Shown one piece after another: positions 14,301 to 29,822 of a stretch of 64,000 nucleotides of DNA; position 1 is the first letter of the stretch; each line of letters starts with the position of its first letter. The notes under the pieces are model-generated. The model saw only the letters and a list, made by a program, of their open reading frames with translations, was not told where the DNA came from and ran no database searches. The stretch comes from Octopus vulgaris (taxonomy: Eukaryota): contig OX597822.1 in the NCBI GenBank assembly GCA_951406725.2, positions 45,136,001-45,200,000 on the forward strand, given 5' to 3'. The position numbers and the translations under genes are program-made.

Positions 14301-14585
14301 GACCCCCTCCCTCCCACCGAATTTCATCACCACACACTTTTGATTTCTACAGTAGATGAATAGATCATATATATATAATTAAATAAATAAATTGATTAAA
14401 TATTATGAAATATTACATTAAAAGGTTATTAGCCCAAATATTGTTCTTTTGCAGTACATTTCGGTTCAACTCTTTCCTATGGACTGACATATGGTGTTGC
14501 ATTTCTTTCGCTCCAGCCTCCGTATATGTACGAATGTATACAAGTATCTCTCAATCTATATACACACACGCAAACATAGATTCGT

Positions 14586-14658
<73 letters not shown>

Positions 14659-14719
14659 CATACCTATATATATATATATATATATATATACATACACATA
14701 TATCACCTGAGTAATCGGA

Positions 14720-14970
14720 TATATGTGCTACTATCTACCTTCATCAGGCGTTCCGGCTGCTAACTGTCAGACAAGTTCGCAAAGCACTTCAGAGATAACT
14801 GATTTGGCAACGGGTCACCTGTCTCTCGATATATCCACTCCGCTGCGCATTCCAACCGATACCTCTTGTCCTTTGGCGGGGATACTCTCCCCGGACCGAC
14901 AACCACTCCCCTTCAGAGGGAACAGTAGCGCATTTTCTCTCTGCAAACAGAAACTCAATTCTTGCCCTCC
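14720..14970 (+). pseudogene. Decayed Penelope-like GIY-YIG fragment (second subfamily)
   Basis: Manual translation [38 protein letters not shown]...QREQ*RIFSLQT resembles YIG.T.R.L..RF.EH...PV..HF...E..LIF.L.T. Confidence 0.55.
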
Positions 14971-15158
14971 AATTCCTCCATCGCTATGCACCTTTTCCTT
15001 TGTCGGCCCCTCACCCAATCGCCCACATCAATTCGTTGCGCCCCTTCACATTCATACCGCTTTCACTACCAACATCTCCCCGACACCATGCCCTCAATAC
15101 ACCAACACTATTTCCACTGCATCTACCACACTTTCATTCTTCACATACACACAGATAT

Positions 15159-15211
<53 letters not shown>

Positions 15212-16143
15212 TACATTTAACAATTCACTTACCGTCATGTGTCGTTGATACACACGCCCACTCACAGTATTCTCAACCCTCCCGTTGTCTCTCTACGTCC
15301 TCTCCTTTTCTTTCTCATCTCTCTCTCGTCTCTCTCTCGTCTCTCTCTCTCTCTCGTCTCTCTCTTTCTCGTCTCTCTCGCATCTCCTTCACCTCCTCTC
15401 TCTCTCTCTCGTATCTCTCTCTCGTCTCTCTCTCGTATCTCTCTCTCGTCTCTCTCTCGTCTCTCTCTTTCTCGTCTCTCTCCCTCGCCTCTCCTTCACC
15501 TCTCTTTACCTCCTCTCTCTCTCTCTCTCTCGCCTTTTTCTACCCCCTGTCTCACTCGCCTCTCCTTGTCTCTTCCCTCGACTTTTTATATCTCACCTCC
15601 CTCGCTACCTCCTCTGTTCCTCTCCTTCTCTCTCCCTCTCTCACTTCTCCATCTGTCTCTCACCGCTCCATCTCCTCTCTTTCCAACCTCTCTCTACTTC
15701 CTCTCTCCCTCGCCCACACTTTACCTCCCCCTTCTCTCTCTCTCTCTCACTCTTCTCTCCCTTCCCCATTCCACACCACCCATTAGGTAGCATTAAGAAA
15801 TTTTAAGGTTTCCACCATACCGACCACAGTAGCTTGCCCCCATCACAACCACCACCAGCACTACTACATCAGAACACACCCACACACACATACACACACA
15901 TACACCTCTTCATTCATATCCTCCGCCTATCGAAGAAACCAGACAATCTAATGAATACTTCTACATGTGGACTGTAGAACCTGTTAGAAATGCTAGCCAA
16001 ACTCCTTCTCATAGCATTGTCTCACAAAAAATACGCACACGTGCATACTCATACGCGTTCACACGCACGCACACACGCACGCACACACTCACTCACGCAC
16101 ACATATATAATATATACAATATATATAATATACATAGATACAG

Positions 16144-16187
<44 letters not shown>

Positions 16188-16241
16188 TCCCACAAACTCA
16201 CACACATACACACGCACAGACGCACACACACACACATACAC

Positions 16242-16277
<36 letters not shown>

Positions 16278-16734
16278 GCTCCACTTATACGTGCACACAC
16301 CTGCCATACACATATACACATATACACTTACATCCACATACATGCACACACTCGCCACACACGTACTTACGTTCCATCACACCACATTCCTCCTCCCGCT
16401 GCCACTCTTGCCTATGTTTGTTATTGATGCTGTTTTGCCTTTCAGCAGGTATAAAAACGAAAAGAATTTTTTTTTAAATAACACACACACACACAAAGTA
16501 AAATGGCGCATAATTTAGTTGCTTACAGCATATGGAGTTCCTTACCATTCCCTTCACCAAGTCAGCTTTCAATCACCATGGAATCAAACTCCACACGTAG
16601 CTTACCCACAATACACTTTTCTCTACTTCATGATGTGTGTGTGTGTGCATGTGTGTGTGCGCATGTGTGTGTGCGCAATTGTGTGTGTGCATGCGTGTGT
16701 GGTTTTATGTTATTCTTTTCATTCTCCAAACCTC

Positions 16735-16982
16735 TAATCATTATCATCCTCATCAACTTCAACCTCACCATCATCATCATCATCATCACCATCATGATAG
16801 CCATCATCATCGTCATCGTCATCATCCTCATGATCGTTATTTTTCACCATTACTATAATTATCACCATCATCCCCAACATGATCGTCATCATTATCATCA
16901 TTGTGATCATCATCATCATCATCATTATCCCCATCATGATCATGATCATTATCATCATTGCGATCATTATCATCACAACTGA

Positions 16983-17056
<74 letters not shown>

Positions 17057-17420
17057 CTACTGATATCATCATCCTTATTATTATCACCACCATCACTACC
17101 ACTAGCATCATCACTAAAATCATCATCATCATCATCGTCGTCGTCGTCATCATCATCACCATCATTATTACAACTGCCATCATCATCATCATCATCATCA
17201 TTATCATCATCATCACCATTACCTACGTAATCCTAACCATCATCACTATAGCTACTTACCTTCAAGTATACCAGTCATCACCACCACCACCACCACCACC
17301 ACCACCACCAAAACCAGCAGTCCTCCGAATCTCCAGTAACCATATTCTCTCTCCCTCCCCCATCGTCTTCACTATATCCATCGCCACTATTCCCACACCA
17401 TCACCATCACCACCATGAAC
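16735..17420. repeat. (CAT)n/(CAC)n degenerate microsatellite
   Basis: Direct trinucleotide runs. Confidence 0.9.
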
Positions 17421-17939
17421 ATCAACCGTCCACTAAACACTCCCCCAAAGCCTTTCCACTCCTAAAACTCCACCGCCCCCCTTTACCAACACCCCCTTCA
17501 TTCACAATTCAACAACTCTATAATTCCGATACACTAACTCCATTCTTCAAGCAAACTACCCCTCACCAACCTCACCCAACCATCCCTTTGTCTCTCTCAC
17601 TCGCATTCTCTCCCCTGCATCTCTGCTCTTCTCCACTATTCACACACCCTTATATTCGCCAACAATAGTTCTCTACCTCTAATGAACCTATGATCTTTGA
17701 ATCTCGGCTATTGTTGTCCATCCGAACTTATAACCTCATTATCTGGTAGTTTCCCGCCTTTTTTTCATTTCTTTTTCTTCTTCCTTTTTTGCTTTTTATC
17801 GTCTGTCAATTCAAAGATACAGACGATCTCCAATCAATACACTTGCCGCTCTCTAGTTTGATAGAGTCTTTGCTGATTCCTTTTTTATTTGTTTTTTACT
17901 TAATATTTTTCCATTTCACTAGTTAATACAGGAATATAT

Positions 17940-17977
17940 ACATATGTATGTGAAAATGAATATACATACATACATAC

Positions 17978-18050
<73 letters not shown>

Positions 18051-18055
18051 CATAC

Positions 18056-18129
<74 letters not shown>

Positions 18130-18374
18130 ATATATATATGTCTGTCTGCATGTATGTAAATATATACATGTATACATATATGTGTATATATGTATGTGCA
18201 TAGAAATAAATACATACGTGTGTTTGTATATATATATATACAAACACACGTATGTGAGAAGTGTATGTGCATGTCTATAAATGTTTCTTTATATACATAT
18301 ATTTATATGCATAAATATGGTATCTATATACATATAATAAGTGCGTGTGTTTATGTACGTTTATGAGTATACCT

Positions 18375-18427
<53 letters not shown>

Positions 18428-18637
18428 ATGTATGTATGTATATATATGTGTGTGTGTGTATAGCCACATACATATACGTAAACATATATACATATATGTA
18501 CACACATATATATATATACACATATATATGCAGATAGATATATAGATATATGCATATATGGATTGAGAGATAGAGAGAAAGACGATAGGGGAGGCAAAAG
18601 CAATATCATGAGATATGCATACATAGATGTGTATATA

Positions 18638-18685
<48 letters not shown>

Positions 18686-19174
18686 GCACATACATGTGTA
18701 TATGTATATATATATAGAGAGAGAAATATGTATATATGCTTATATATATATGTGTATATATATATATATATACATATATGCATTAGTGTGTATGTATGTA
18801 TGTGTGTGTATGTATGTATGTATGTATGTATGTATGTATGTATGTATGTATGTATGTATGTATGTATGTATGTATCTATGTATGTATGTATGTATGTATG
18901 TATGTATGTATGTATATAGACATATATCAAAGGGTAGGGTTTAATGTATACATTTATCTTGATGCTGGAGCCTGTACCAAAACAACCTTAGAAATACATA
19001 AATATTCATATATATCCAGTTTGTTGTTTTTTTTCTATAGCACTTCTAATTAGAGATACATAAACATATATTCACCCACTTCCAAATACAAAACCATATG
19101 TGTGTGTATGTAATAGTATGTATGAATATATATATGTATATATATACATATATATGTATGTGTATGTGTATGCT

Positions 19175-19216
<42 letters not shown>

Positions 19217-19226
19217 CCTATATATA

Positions 19227-19260
<34 letters not shown>

Positions 19261-19497
19261 TACATGCATGTATATATGCATATATATATATATATATATA
19301 TGTATATACGCTAGGATTATATACGTGATTATACATTATTCAGAACAGATTGTGTAGTAAGAGTAAGATATATAACTGTGTGTATATTTGGATATATATA
19401 TATGCTTACAAAGATAGGTATATTTAGTAAATACTTTGTTCATATATATATACATACGCGCGTGAGTGGGTGAGTGTGTGTATGTGTGTGTTTGTGT

Positions 19498-19580
<83 letters not shown>

Positions 19581-19595
19581 TGTGTGCGTGCGTGC
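17940..19595. repeat. Long compound (TA)n/(TG)n/(TATG)n microsatellite field
   Basis: Direct runs; comparable fields at 4870-5350, 33460-33970, 35030-35670, 40980-41290, 54020-54350, 59520-60090, 62850-63245. Confidence 0.95.
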
Positions 19596-20166
19596 ATTTA
19601 CACACGCATATAGACAAAAGTCGTTTTCTGTGATAAAGCCACATACTGAAATACACCACTCGAACGAAACGGAAAGAGAATATGAATGAGAGCAAATATT
19701 AGCAGAAGGCTCAAACAACGAAGCAGCAACAACGCAATAACGAATGCAATTGAATGCAACAACAACGACATCAAAACACTCAACCACAATCAGTCGAGAA
19801 CGAATGAAACAAAGGAATTAGAGCTGCAATGTGGCGGCCATTTTGAATGACGTGACAACAACGACATGAACAAAAGAAAAGTCAACATCAATAACAACAG
19901 CAAAGACTTCAGAAACATCAGTAATAACAACATCAACAACAATACCAGCAATGCGCAGACACAACTTTAACAACAACAACACTAACAAACAACAACAATA
20001 ATGATCATGGTTTCTAATTCTGGCACAAGACCAGTGTTAGATCCCGGAAATGGATGAAAGGCAAAGTCGAGCTCGGCGGAATTTGAACGCAGAACGTAAA
20101 CAGCCGGAAGAAATGCCGCTCAGCGTTTCGTCCGGCTTGCTAGCGATTCTCACAGCGCCTTGCCAT

Positions 20167-20215
<49 letters not shown>

Positions 20216-22040
20216 GGATTAAGAAATGCCTGGAAATGTATAAGATAGCACCTACTCTGCGAAACTTTTTGACTGTAAGTATGAGATCATGGAGAACCAC
20301 ACAAACTTTAAACAGTGACAATGAATCCCTAAATGCTGGTGATGTAAAAATTTCATGTGGCATTTTCCAGGGTGACACACTGTCACCACTCCTCTTTTGT
20401 TTAGCCTTAATACCTCTCTCAAAACTGCTCAATGACGCGCAGTACAGGTATAAAATGTTTGATAAAAATATAAATCATCTCATTTACATGGATGATTTAA
20501 AGCTTTTTGTAAAAAATGATCAACAACTCAAGGGCTTACTAGCGATAGTCAAACAATTCAGTGACGACATCAGAATGCAATTTGACCTCGATGAATGTGC
20601 AAAAGCTACCTTTATCAAAGGGAAAATGACAGAAACATCTAACGTTAACATTGACCAGCAGAATGTCATAAAAGAACTAGACCCAGCGGAGAGCTACAAG
20701 TACCTAGGGGTAATTGAAGGGGACGGAATAAGGCATTCAGAGATGAAGGAAAAGATCAGGAGAGAATGTTATCGAAGAGTGAGAGCAATACTCAAGACAG
20801 AGCTGAATACAAGAAACAGGATCGAAGCGATCAATGCATTAGCCATACCAGTCGTGACTTACAGTTTCAATATCGTTAACTGGTCAATTACTGAAATATG
20901 TCAGCTTGACAGAAAAATACGAAAACTGTTGACAATGCATAGAATGCACCACCCTAAGGCAGATACAGAACAACTTTATCTGCCAAGAAAAGAGGGAGGC
21001 CGTGGTCTTTTACAACTGGCAATAACAATGAAGATTGCTACAATTGGCCTAGACACCTACCTGAAAAAGTTTGAGGACTGGATGTTAAAACTTGTCTCAA
21101 AACATGAAAACAAGAAAGCATCATACTCAGTAACAAAACGGGCAAAGGATTATCTAAGTGAATTCCGAATACAACAAATTTCGGAATTAGAGATAGTCAT
21201 ACAAGAAACAAGCACAGAAAAAGCTAAGCGCATGAAAACCCGTGCCAAACTGCGGCCTTGGATATTCTGAATAATAAATGGCAAGAAAAACCTCTCTATG
21301 GCAAATACCCAAAGAGAGCGAATAATGCAGATATTGACAAAGCCCTGACCCATCAATGGCTAATGGCCTCTGGCTTAAAATCTGAAACAGAAGGGTTTAT
21401 CATAGCAGCTCAAGATCAATGCCTACCAACAAGAAACTACCAGGCCAACATATTAAAGAACGGCAGTAGCCCAACATGTCCTGTATGTCGACAACAAAAT
21501 GAAACCATTGATCATGTTGTCTCCAAGTGCAGTCTTCTAGCGCCTACAGAGTACCTCAACAGGAATGATAGAGCTGCACAATATATTCACTGGGTAATTT
21601 GCAAAAACCTGGATTTGCCCCATGAAATAAACTGGTGGGAACACAATCCACCTCCAGTGCTTGAAAATGACCACATCTCACTCCTCTGGAACTTCACCAT
21701 TCAAACTGACATAAAGATAGATGCAAACAGGCCAGACATCATATTGAAAGACTTCAGACAAAGAACATGCCTTCTCATTGATATGACTGTCCCAATCGAT
21801 ATAAACGTATCTGTCAAGACTTACCAAAAACTGAGCAAATATAAAGATCTTGAAATAGAAATCAGCAAAATGTGGACCCTGAAGACTAAAACAATACCTG
21901 TTGTCATAGGTGCCCTGGGAATGATAGCGAAAGGGGCTGATTGCTACCTAACTCACATACCAGGAAACCCCAAAATGGCAGAAATTCAAAAGATAGTGCT
22001 CATAGGAACTGCTCATATCCTACGCAAAATACTCTCTATG
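20216..22040 (+). mobile_element. 5'-truncated R4/Dong-type non-LTR retrotransposon (RT, zinc knuckle, restriction-like endonuclease) with one frameshift near 21250
   Basis: GIFQGDTLSPLLF, NHLIYMDD, YKYLG, LYLPRKEGGRGL, CPVC..ETIDHVVSKC, RPDII..LLIDMTVP, KLSKYKDL, IPVVIGALG; 5' junction on (TAA)n 20168-20215. Confidence 0.9.
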
Positions 22041-23017
<977 letters not shown>

Positions 23018-23082
23018 GTGATGTAGTTTCATTAAAAACATAGTCAACGAAAAATATGGCTACCAGAAACATATGCACTTAC

Positions 23083-23199
23083 CGACCGCCATTTATACAG
23101 TCAGTGTTGAATACGCCATCTTGGAGATTGCAATCATTAACGCGAAACATATTTTCCCATCTGTACATACGCTGTCCACCTAGTGTCATTAAATGTTTA
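23083..23199 (-). CDS. Candidate 117-nt host exon, product unknown
   Basis: TTTTCCGTAG acceptor, CG|GTAAGT donor, open frame KHLMTLGGQRMYRWENMFRVNDCNLQDGVFNTDCINGG, symmetric phase 2; no recognisable homology. Confidence 0.25.
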
Positions 23200-23672
23200 C
23201 TACGGAAAACCCACGTGAAACATGCGAATACACACACACACATACACACACACAAACACAAAAACACACACAAAGCCATAAACGTATTTTTACAGGCTAT
23301 TAGCAACAATTTTACTTTAAAAGGTGGAGGGAAATGGATTTGAGTTCGCATGTGAGCATGCCCCATTTATACTGTTTTGGTATATCTCCAACACATTTCG
23401 TTCAGTGTCTGCGCATGCGTTATCAGTAGTAGTGACAGAATATATCGGCTTCGATAATTTGAGAATTATATGGTGTAATTGAAAATTTATATCGTATTTA
23501 TTATACGAAGTATAAGCTGAACAATAGTATCAACTACGTAATCCACATCAGTAACAGCAACAAGAACAACAACAACGATGGCGACGTCAGCGACAACATC
23601 AACAACAACAACAACAATAATGACGATGATGATATTAATAATAATGATAATAATAATAATAATAACAATAAC

Positions 23673-23726
<54 letters not shown>

Positions 23727-23941
23727 TTATGATGGTGACAACACTACCAACAACAACTAAAATCCAGTCTTCTGACTATATACACACACATAAATATATA
23801 TAGATAGATAGATAAATAGATACATACATACATACATACATACATATACACAGAAACATTTACACACACATATGTATGTGTGTATATATATACACAAACA
23901 CACAGACACACACACACACAAATACGCACACGTACACACAC

Positions 23942-23999
<58 letters not shown>

Positions 24000-24472
24000 A
24001 CTGAAGACTGTGTGTGCGCGTGTGTACGTGTGTGTGTGCGCGCGTGCGTGTGTGTGTGCTTAAGGAGATATAATAGAGATGTAAAGTGCGCGGTTTGATA
24101 CGAACAACACAAACGTTAACCACAACAGCACAAATAATTACAATCACAACAATAAACGATAATAATAATAAACGAAAAAGAGAAAAGAACGAAACGAATA
24201 AATTAAACACCCCCTCCTTCTTTAAAGTAAACAATAAAAACAATAAAAATGTGTAAAAATACCCCCTTCTCTCCCATAAAGAGAAAAAAGAACGAAGAAA
24301 AAGCACAGCGGAGAAGGAAATCACAGAAAAAAAATAAAGCAAAATGGCTGAATGTATACGCTGCAATTACTTGACAATATTTTAATATGGCGGAAAAACT
24401 CTTGAGATAAGAAGACGTGTTTTGGCGAAATTTCGACAGACAACATATTTTAAATAGTTTTTCGTTTTAAAA

Positions 24473-24584
<112 letters not shown>

Positions 24585-25334
24585 TATAAGAGTGTGTATG
24601 AAGTTTTATGTATGTTTGCGTGTATCTGTGTGTATGCGCGCGTATGGATGAATGGATGGTTGCATGTATGTATATATATATGGATATATATTTATATATA
24701 TATATATTCGTGCATATTTAATAGATATATATGTGTGAGCATGTATATACACACATATATATATATACATCTATATACGTATATTTGCATATAGATATGT
24801 ATGCATATATATGTGTGTGTATGCTTGTGTGATTGTGTGCATATGGATGGCTGCACTCACACACACACGCACAAACACACGCACACACACATATATGTAT
24901 ATACATGTATATACGAATATTAGCATATAGATATATATGCATATATATATGTGTGTGTATGTGTTTGTGTGTATTTATAGTTATACTGACAGAAATACGG
25001 GGAGAATAGAGAGAGAGGGAGAGAGAAGGGAGAGGTAGAATGAAAAGAGAGAGGGGAATACAACCAGAGTGGAAATGAGAAATTGACAGAGAGAGGGAGA
25101 GAGAGTGAATGGAGGGAGAGAGAAAGAGAAAAAGGGAGATAAGAAAAAAGAAATACGTTGCCTAAATATAAACATCACTTTAGCTGCTTTTATTATATAA
25201 TCATACATTTATTCAATTGTCTGTTTACTTAAATACTGATATTAATAATAAAGCGATGCCGGCAGCGACAGCAGTGACGTTGGAGCTGGGGCTTGTGTAA
25301 GCATGAACCGGGAATGTGTGATGCTTTTATGTAT

Positions 25335-25559
25335 GTTTTAGTTACTTTTTCAGTCATTAGACTGTGGCCATACTGGAGCACTGTCCAGTATGAAGAATTT
25401 TTTTAGTCGAACGAATCAACCCAGTTACTTTTAAAAGCTCGCTAAGTTACGGGGACGTAAACACACCAATATAGGTTTTCAAGCGGTGGTGGGGAACACT
25501 TACACGCACAAAGACACACACACACACATACACACACATATCTATATATACATACATAT

Positions 25560-25609
<50 letters not shown>

Positions 25610-25770
25610 TATGCGACGGGCTTCATTCAGTTTCCACTTACCAAATTCACTCACATGGCTTTCGTTGGCCCAAGACTGTAGTAGATGACACAAACGTAAG
25701 ATGCTGCAAAGTAGGACTGAACCCGGAACCGCGTGTTTGGGAAGCCAGTATCTTGCCACACAACCACACC
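25335..25770 (-). mobile_element. SINE family A, diverged copy
   Basis: Colinear with 28453-28859 including the internal (CA)/(TA) tract. Confidence 0.8.
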
Positions 25771-25851
25771 TATGTATGTACACATGTGTATAAAGTATTT
25801 GCGTGCATCAGTGTGTGTGTGTGTGAGTGTGTGTGTGTGTGGATGTGTGTG

Positions 25852-25894
<43 letters not shown>

Positions 25895-26289
25895 TGTGTG
25901 TGTGTGTGTGTACAGAAGCCATATGACAGTATCGGTTGAGCGCCGAATATAATGAATGCTTTGCAGCGCTCACACACCAATTCCCTCGTACCTGAGTTCA
26001 AATCTCGCAGAGATCAAATGGGCTGGCCTTTCATTTTTTTTCCAGCGTAATAATCTACAACTCCTGTACTGAGATCGATCCTCCCTTCTCTCTGTTTTCA
26101 CACCCACCCCCTTTCCATCTGTTTTGTACAGGTTTTTATCTTTTATTTGCTTCGGACGTCGTTCCGCGCTCATGATAGTGCACCACCTTGGTAGGTTTTC
26201 TTTTTCAGTCTTCTGACTATTCTATCAAATTCTTTTGTCGAAGCGCTAAGTTACAGACACGTGATGTCGATTGCCAATATTATCAAACT

Positions 26290-26505
26290 GATGCGACGAA
26301 CTGGCAGAATCATTAGCACGGTGGGCGAAACACTTAGTGGTATTTCGTCTGTCTTTTCGATCTGAGTTCAAATTCCGCCGAGGTTACCTTTGCCTTTTAT
26401 CATTTTTGGGTCGATACAATGAGTATCAGTGAAACATTGGGGTCGATGTAACCGATTAGTCCCCCTCCCCCTAAATTGCCCGCCTTGAGCCAAAATTTGA
26501 AACCA
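26290..26505 (+). mobile_element. SINE family B
   Basis: Head, GAGTTCAAATTCCGCCGAGGT and central domain. Confidence 0.8.
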
Positions 26506-26561
26506 ATGTTATCAAACTGAGTGAAATGATAAGAACGTCTAACGAAGAACTTATTTAAGCA

Positions 26562-26667
26562 ATCACATGAGGAGGTGCATTCCACCACTTGGATGTAAAA
26601 TAAACATTGCACCGCATTTCACCTATGTACATCAGGTGTAAGAATGCGCCGAAACAATTGTAGTGAT
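26562..26667 (+). ncRNA. Hammerhead ribozyme motif with an enlarged loop II (core C3 mutated)
   Basis: ATCAC-aTGAGGA-GGTGCATT...AATGCGCC-GAAA-CAATTG-TA^GTGAT; 5-bp stem I, 8-bp stem II, palindromic ACAATTGT. Confidence 0.65.
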
Positions 26668-26862
26668 CGTAAATAAAGAATGTCGTTGATTCCATTTTCT
26701 TTCATTTGTCAATTTGTATAAACTCTGTGGATGCTATGGAGTTCCTGATGTATATCCTGTAGCCGGACCATTTCCAAGGCATAGTAACTTCAGGTTGCCA
26801 ATAACCGTGGATAAGCTATGCATAGCATTCTACAAAGTTTTTTTTACCCATAACTTACTTAG

Positions 26863-26943
<81 letters not shown>

Positions 26944-27107
26944 CTCACACACACATACATACATGCGCGCGAGCACAGGCACACACACGCGCATACATAC
27001 ACGAGCATCGAAATTTATACATCCTTTTATGTTTATCTCTAGATCAAATGTGTGCATGTATATCTAAACACGTACATAGGTATACATATGTGAATATATG
27101 TATGTAA

Positions 27108-27138
<31 letters not shown>

Positions 27139-27346
27139 TGTATGTATGTATGTATGTGTATATGTATGTATGTATGTATGTATGTATCTATGTATGTATG
27201 TATGTATGTATGAATGTATGTATGTGTATATGTATTGATGGTGATGTTGAGCCTGTTGTTTGTTCCAGTACTACTAATAAATCTTCAGCAACAACAAACA
27301 ACGAATAACGTTTCGTTTGTTGAATTCTATACAGAAATGGTTTGTT

Positions 27347-27443
<97 letters not shown>

Positions 27444-27494
27444 CACGCTACTCTGAGTCATAGTTGCTTGCAGTAAAGAAATTCGGTGTGAAAT

Positions 27495-27802
27495 GACGTG
27501 GCTAAGTGGCAACGGTACACGGCTTACAATTTTAAGGTCGTGATTTCGATTCCCGGCGCTTTGAGCAAGGTACTTTGTTTCAGGTTATTCCAGTTCACTG
27601 AGCTAGCAAAAATGAGCTGAACCTGTACTTCAAAGGGCTAGCTTTTACACATTCCGTGTCTTCTGTGTCATACTGAATGTCCCTGAGAATTATTGTTAAG
27701 GGTCTGCGTGTCTGTAGAGTGCTCAACCACTTAATATCACGAATAGGTGTTCCGTTGATTGGATCAACTGGCGTACTTGTCGTCGTTACTGACGGAGAGC
27801 CA
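27495..27802 (+). mobile_element. SINE family C
   Basis: TTCGATTCCCGG B-box-like, TTGAGCAAG central motif, GTTCCGTTGAT..GATCAACTGG tail. Confidence 0.75.
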
Positions 27803-28411
27803 GACCAAGAAATTTGGTTACAGTCTATGCATATTTAACACTTTTAGGTCCGTTGCTTCCCCTGCGTGGCACCTTAGGGAAATGTCACCTGCCAAAACGT
27901 CAAGTCGGCGAATAACTTTGAGGTGGCATTTGGAAAACGGGTGGTCATGATAGAAGTCTAATGGCTGTGTGGTAAGGAACTTTTTTCCCAGCCACGTGGT
28001 CTTCGAATCAGTCCCACAGCACGGCACCTTACGTAGGTATCTTCCTATATTTCAGAAATGATAGAAGAAAGGTTCCCGAACTTAAGTTTCACACTAAATT
28101 TTGTTGAATTTCAAGAAGTCGTGTATCCAAACAGAGAGAAATGGTTTTAAGACATTTCGTGTAAAACGGAAAATCGAGTTTTCTCATTTAATTTGAAAAG
28201 AACGCTGGTGTGCAAAATTGCTATAACTGTCTGCAAAAAATTGAATATTTAAATGTGCAGCAATTTAATTATTTCTTTCCAGTATTTATATTTGGTCTTG
28301 TTGGCAAAAGCTTAATTAAGGTGACACGAAAATAATTTTATTTTGAAAAAGCTTGTGGCGGATATGAAGACTTGGGGAAAATTCTTGTCTATGGTGTGTG
28401 TGTGTGTGTGC

Positions 28412-28452
<41 letters not shown>

Positions 28453-28453
<1 letters not shown>

Positions 28454-28856
28454 TCTTTACTCTTTAACTCTTTTACTTGTTTCAGTCATTTGACTGTGGC
28501 CAAGCAGGAGCACCGCCTTTTGTCGAGCAAAGCGACCCCAGGACTTACTCTTTGTAAGCCTAGTACTTATTTTATCGGTCTCTTTTGCCGAACCGCTAAG
28601 ATATGGGGACGTAAATACACCACCATCGGTTATCAAGCGATGTTGGTGGGACAAACGCAGACACACAAACATATACACACACATATACATATATACGACG
28701 GGCTTCTTTCAGTTTCTGTCTACCAAATCCACTCACAAGGCTTTGATCGGCCCGAGACTATAGTAGAAGACACTTGCCCAAGGTGCCACGCAGTGGGACT
28801 GAACCCGGAACAATGTGGTTGGTAAGCAAGCTACTTACCACACAGCCACTCCTACG

Positions 28857-28859
<3 letters not shown>
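28453..28859 (-). mobile_element. Full-length SINE family A (tRNA head, CORE-like segment, internal microsatellite, TAAAAGAG tail)
   Basis: Sense strand starts AGGAGTGGCTGTGTGGTAAG..GGGTTCAGTCCC..CACCTTGGGCAAGTG; about 20 full or partial copies in the window. Confidence 0.9.
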
Positions 28860-28898
<39 letters not shown>

Positions 28899-28985
28899 TA
28901 TATACATACACTTACATACATATGTATGTGTTTGTGTCGTTGGCGATTTTCTTTTTCCGTCTTCCCTTCTTTGGACTTATTCTAT

Positions 28986-29020
28986 ATTTCTCATGAAGAG
29001 CTCTGTTTGAAACGTGAAAT
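28986..29020 (+). ncRNA. Decayed minimal hammerhead motif in a pLTR-like remnant (about 28930-29117)
   Basis: ATTT-CTcATGA-A-GAGC-TCT-GTTT-GAAA-CG-Tg-AAAT; same architecture as 53300 and 61492. Confidence 0.5.
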
Positions 29021-29114
29021 CCTCTTTCTTTTCTTTCCTTTCATGAGCATCCAATAACTCATTACTTGTTCCACGTCCTCGTGTTGTTTTTTCCTGCTTG
29101 TTCTTGTTTGGATT

Positions 29115-29173
<59 letters not shown>

Positions 29174-29269
29174 CATACATACATACATACATACATACAT
29201 ACATACATACATAAAAATAGCCAGTTGGAAAATCTCCCTAGGAGATGAGAATAGTAACTATACTGACAA

Positions 29270-29443
29270 GTAATGTTAATAGCCACAGTGATCTAGCTGT
29301 TGGATGTTACTATCTTTCAACCTCAGGCAGATCTTCCGTCAGCTGGATATAGATGCAGGTTGTAGCTATAACCGGCTGGCGGAAGATCTGCCTGGTGTTA
29401 AAACGGTAGTAACATCGAATGGCCATATTAATGTAGCGATTAA

Positions 29444-29445
<2 letters not shown>
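29270..29445. repeat. Imperfect palindrome
   Basis: GATGTTACTA..CAGGCAGATCTTCCGTCAGCTGG.TATAG pairs with CTATA.CCGGCTGGCGGAAGATCTGCCTG..TAGTAACATC. Confidence 0.85.
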
Positions 29446-29485
<40 letters not shown>

Positions 29486-29822
29486 GTGTCAATATATTTA
29501 TATATTAGTGTCAAAATAAAGAAAGAAAACCTATCAAAGGGGTGTGCAAAACATCCAATTCTCTGGTACGTCAGTTGAATACCATAGAAATAGGGGTATA
29601 ATACAAATTGCAAACAATAAATTAAACAGAGAGATACAATTGACAATCTAATAATTTGTTTGTATCATAATATAACATAATATACCATGAATATAATATA
29701 ATAACATGAAAATTTATTAAAAAGCAAAAAAACCCAACTATTTGTTTCGACTTATATAAACGGATATGAATTGTTTATATATCAAATAATGTATATAAGT
29801 CGAAACAAACTCTGGTTAGTTT

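Noticed and set aside
14345-14425. Hammerhead downstream of the first GIY-YIG remnant
   Set aside because: Too degenerate and AT-rich to support.
16503-16640. Plus-strand ORF start MAHNLVAYSIW
   Set aside because: Runs into microsatellites with no clear donor or homology.
20050-20215. N-terminus of the 406-aa RT ORF
   Set aside because: Read-through from an antisense SINE-B and (TAA)n; not part of the element.
23060-23092. Ribosomal protein S3A start (MAVGK) on the minus strand
   Set aside because: Similarity ends after five codons and is followed by a stop.
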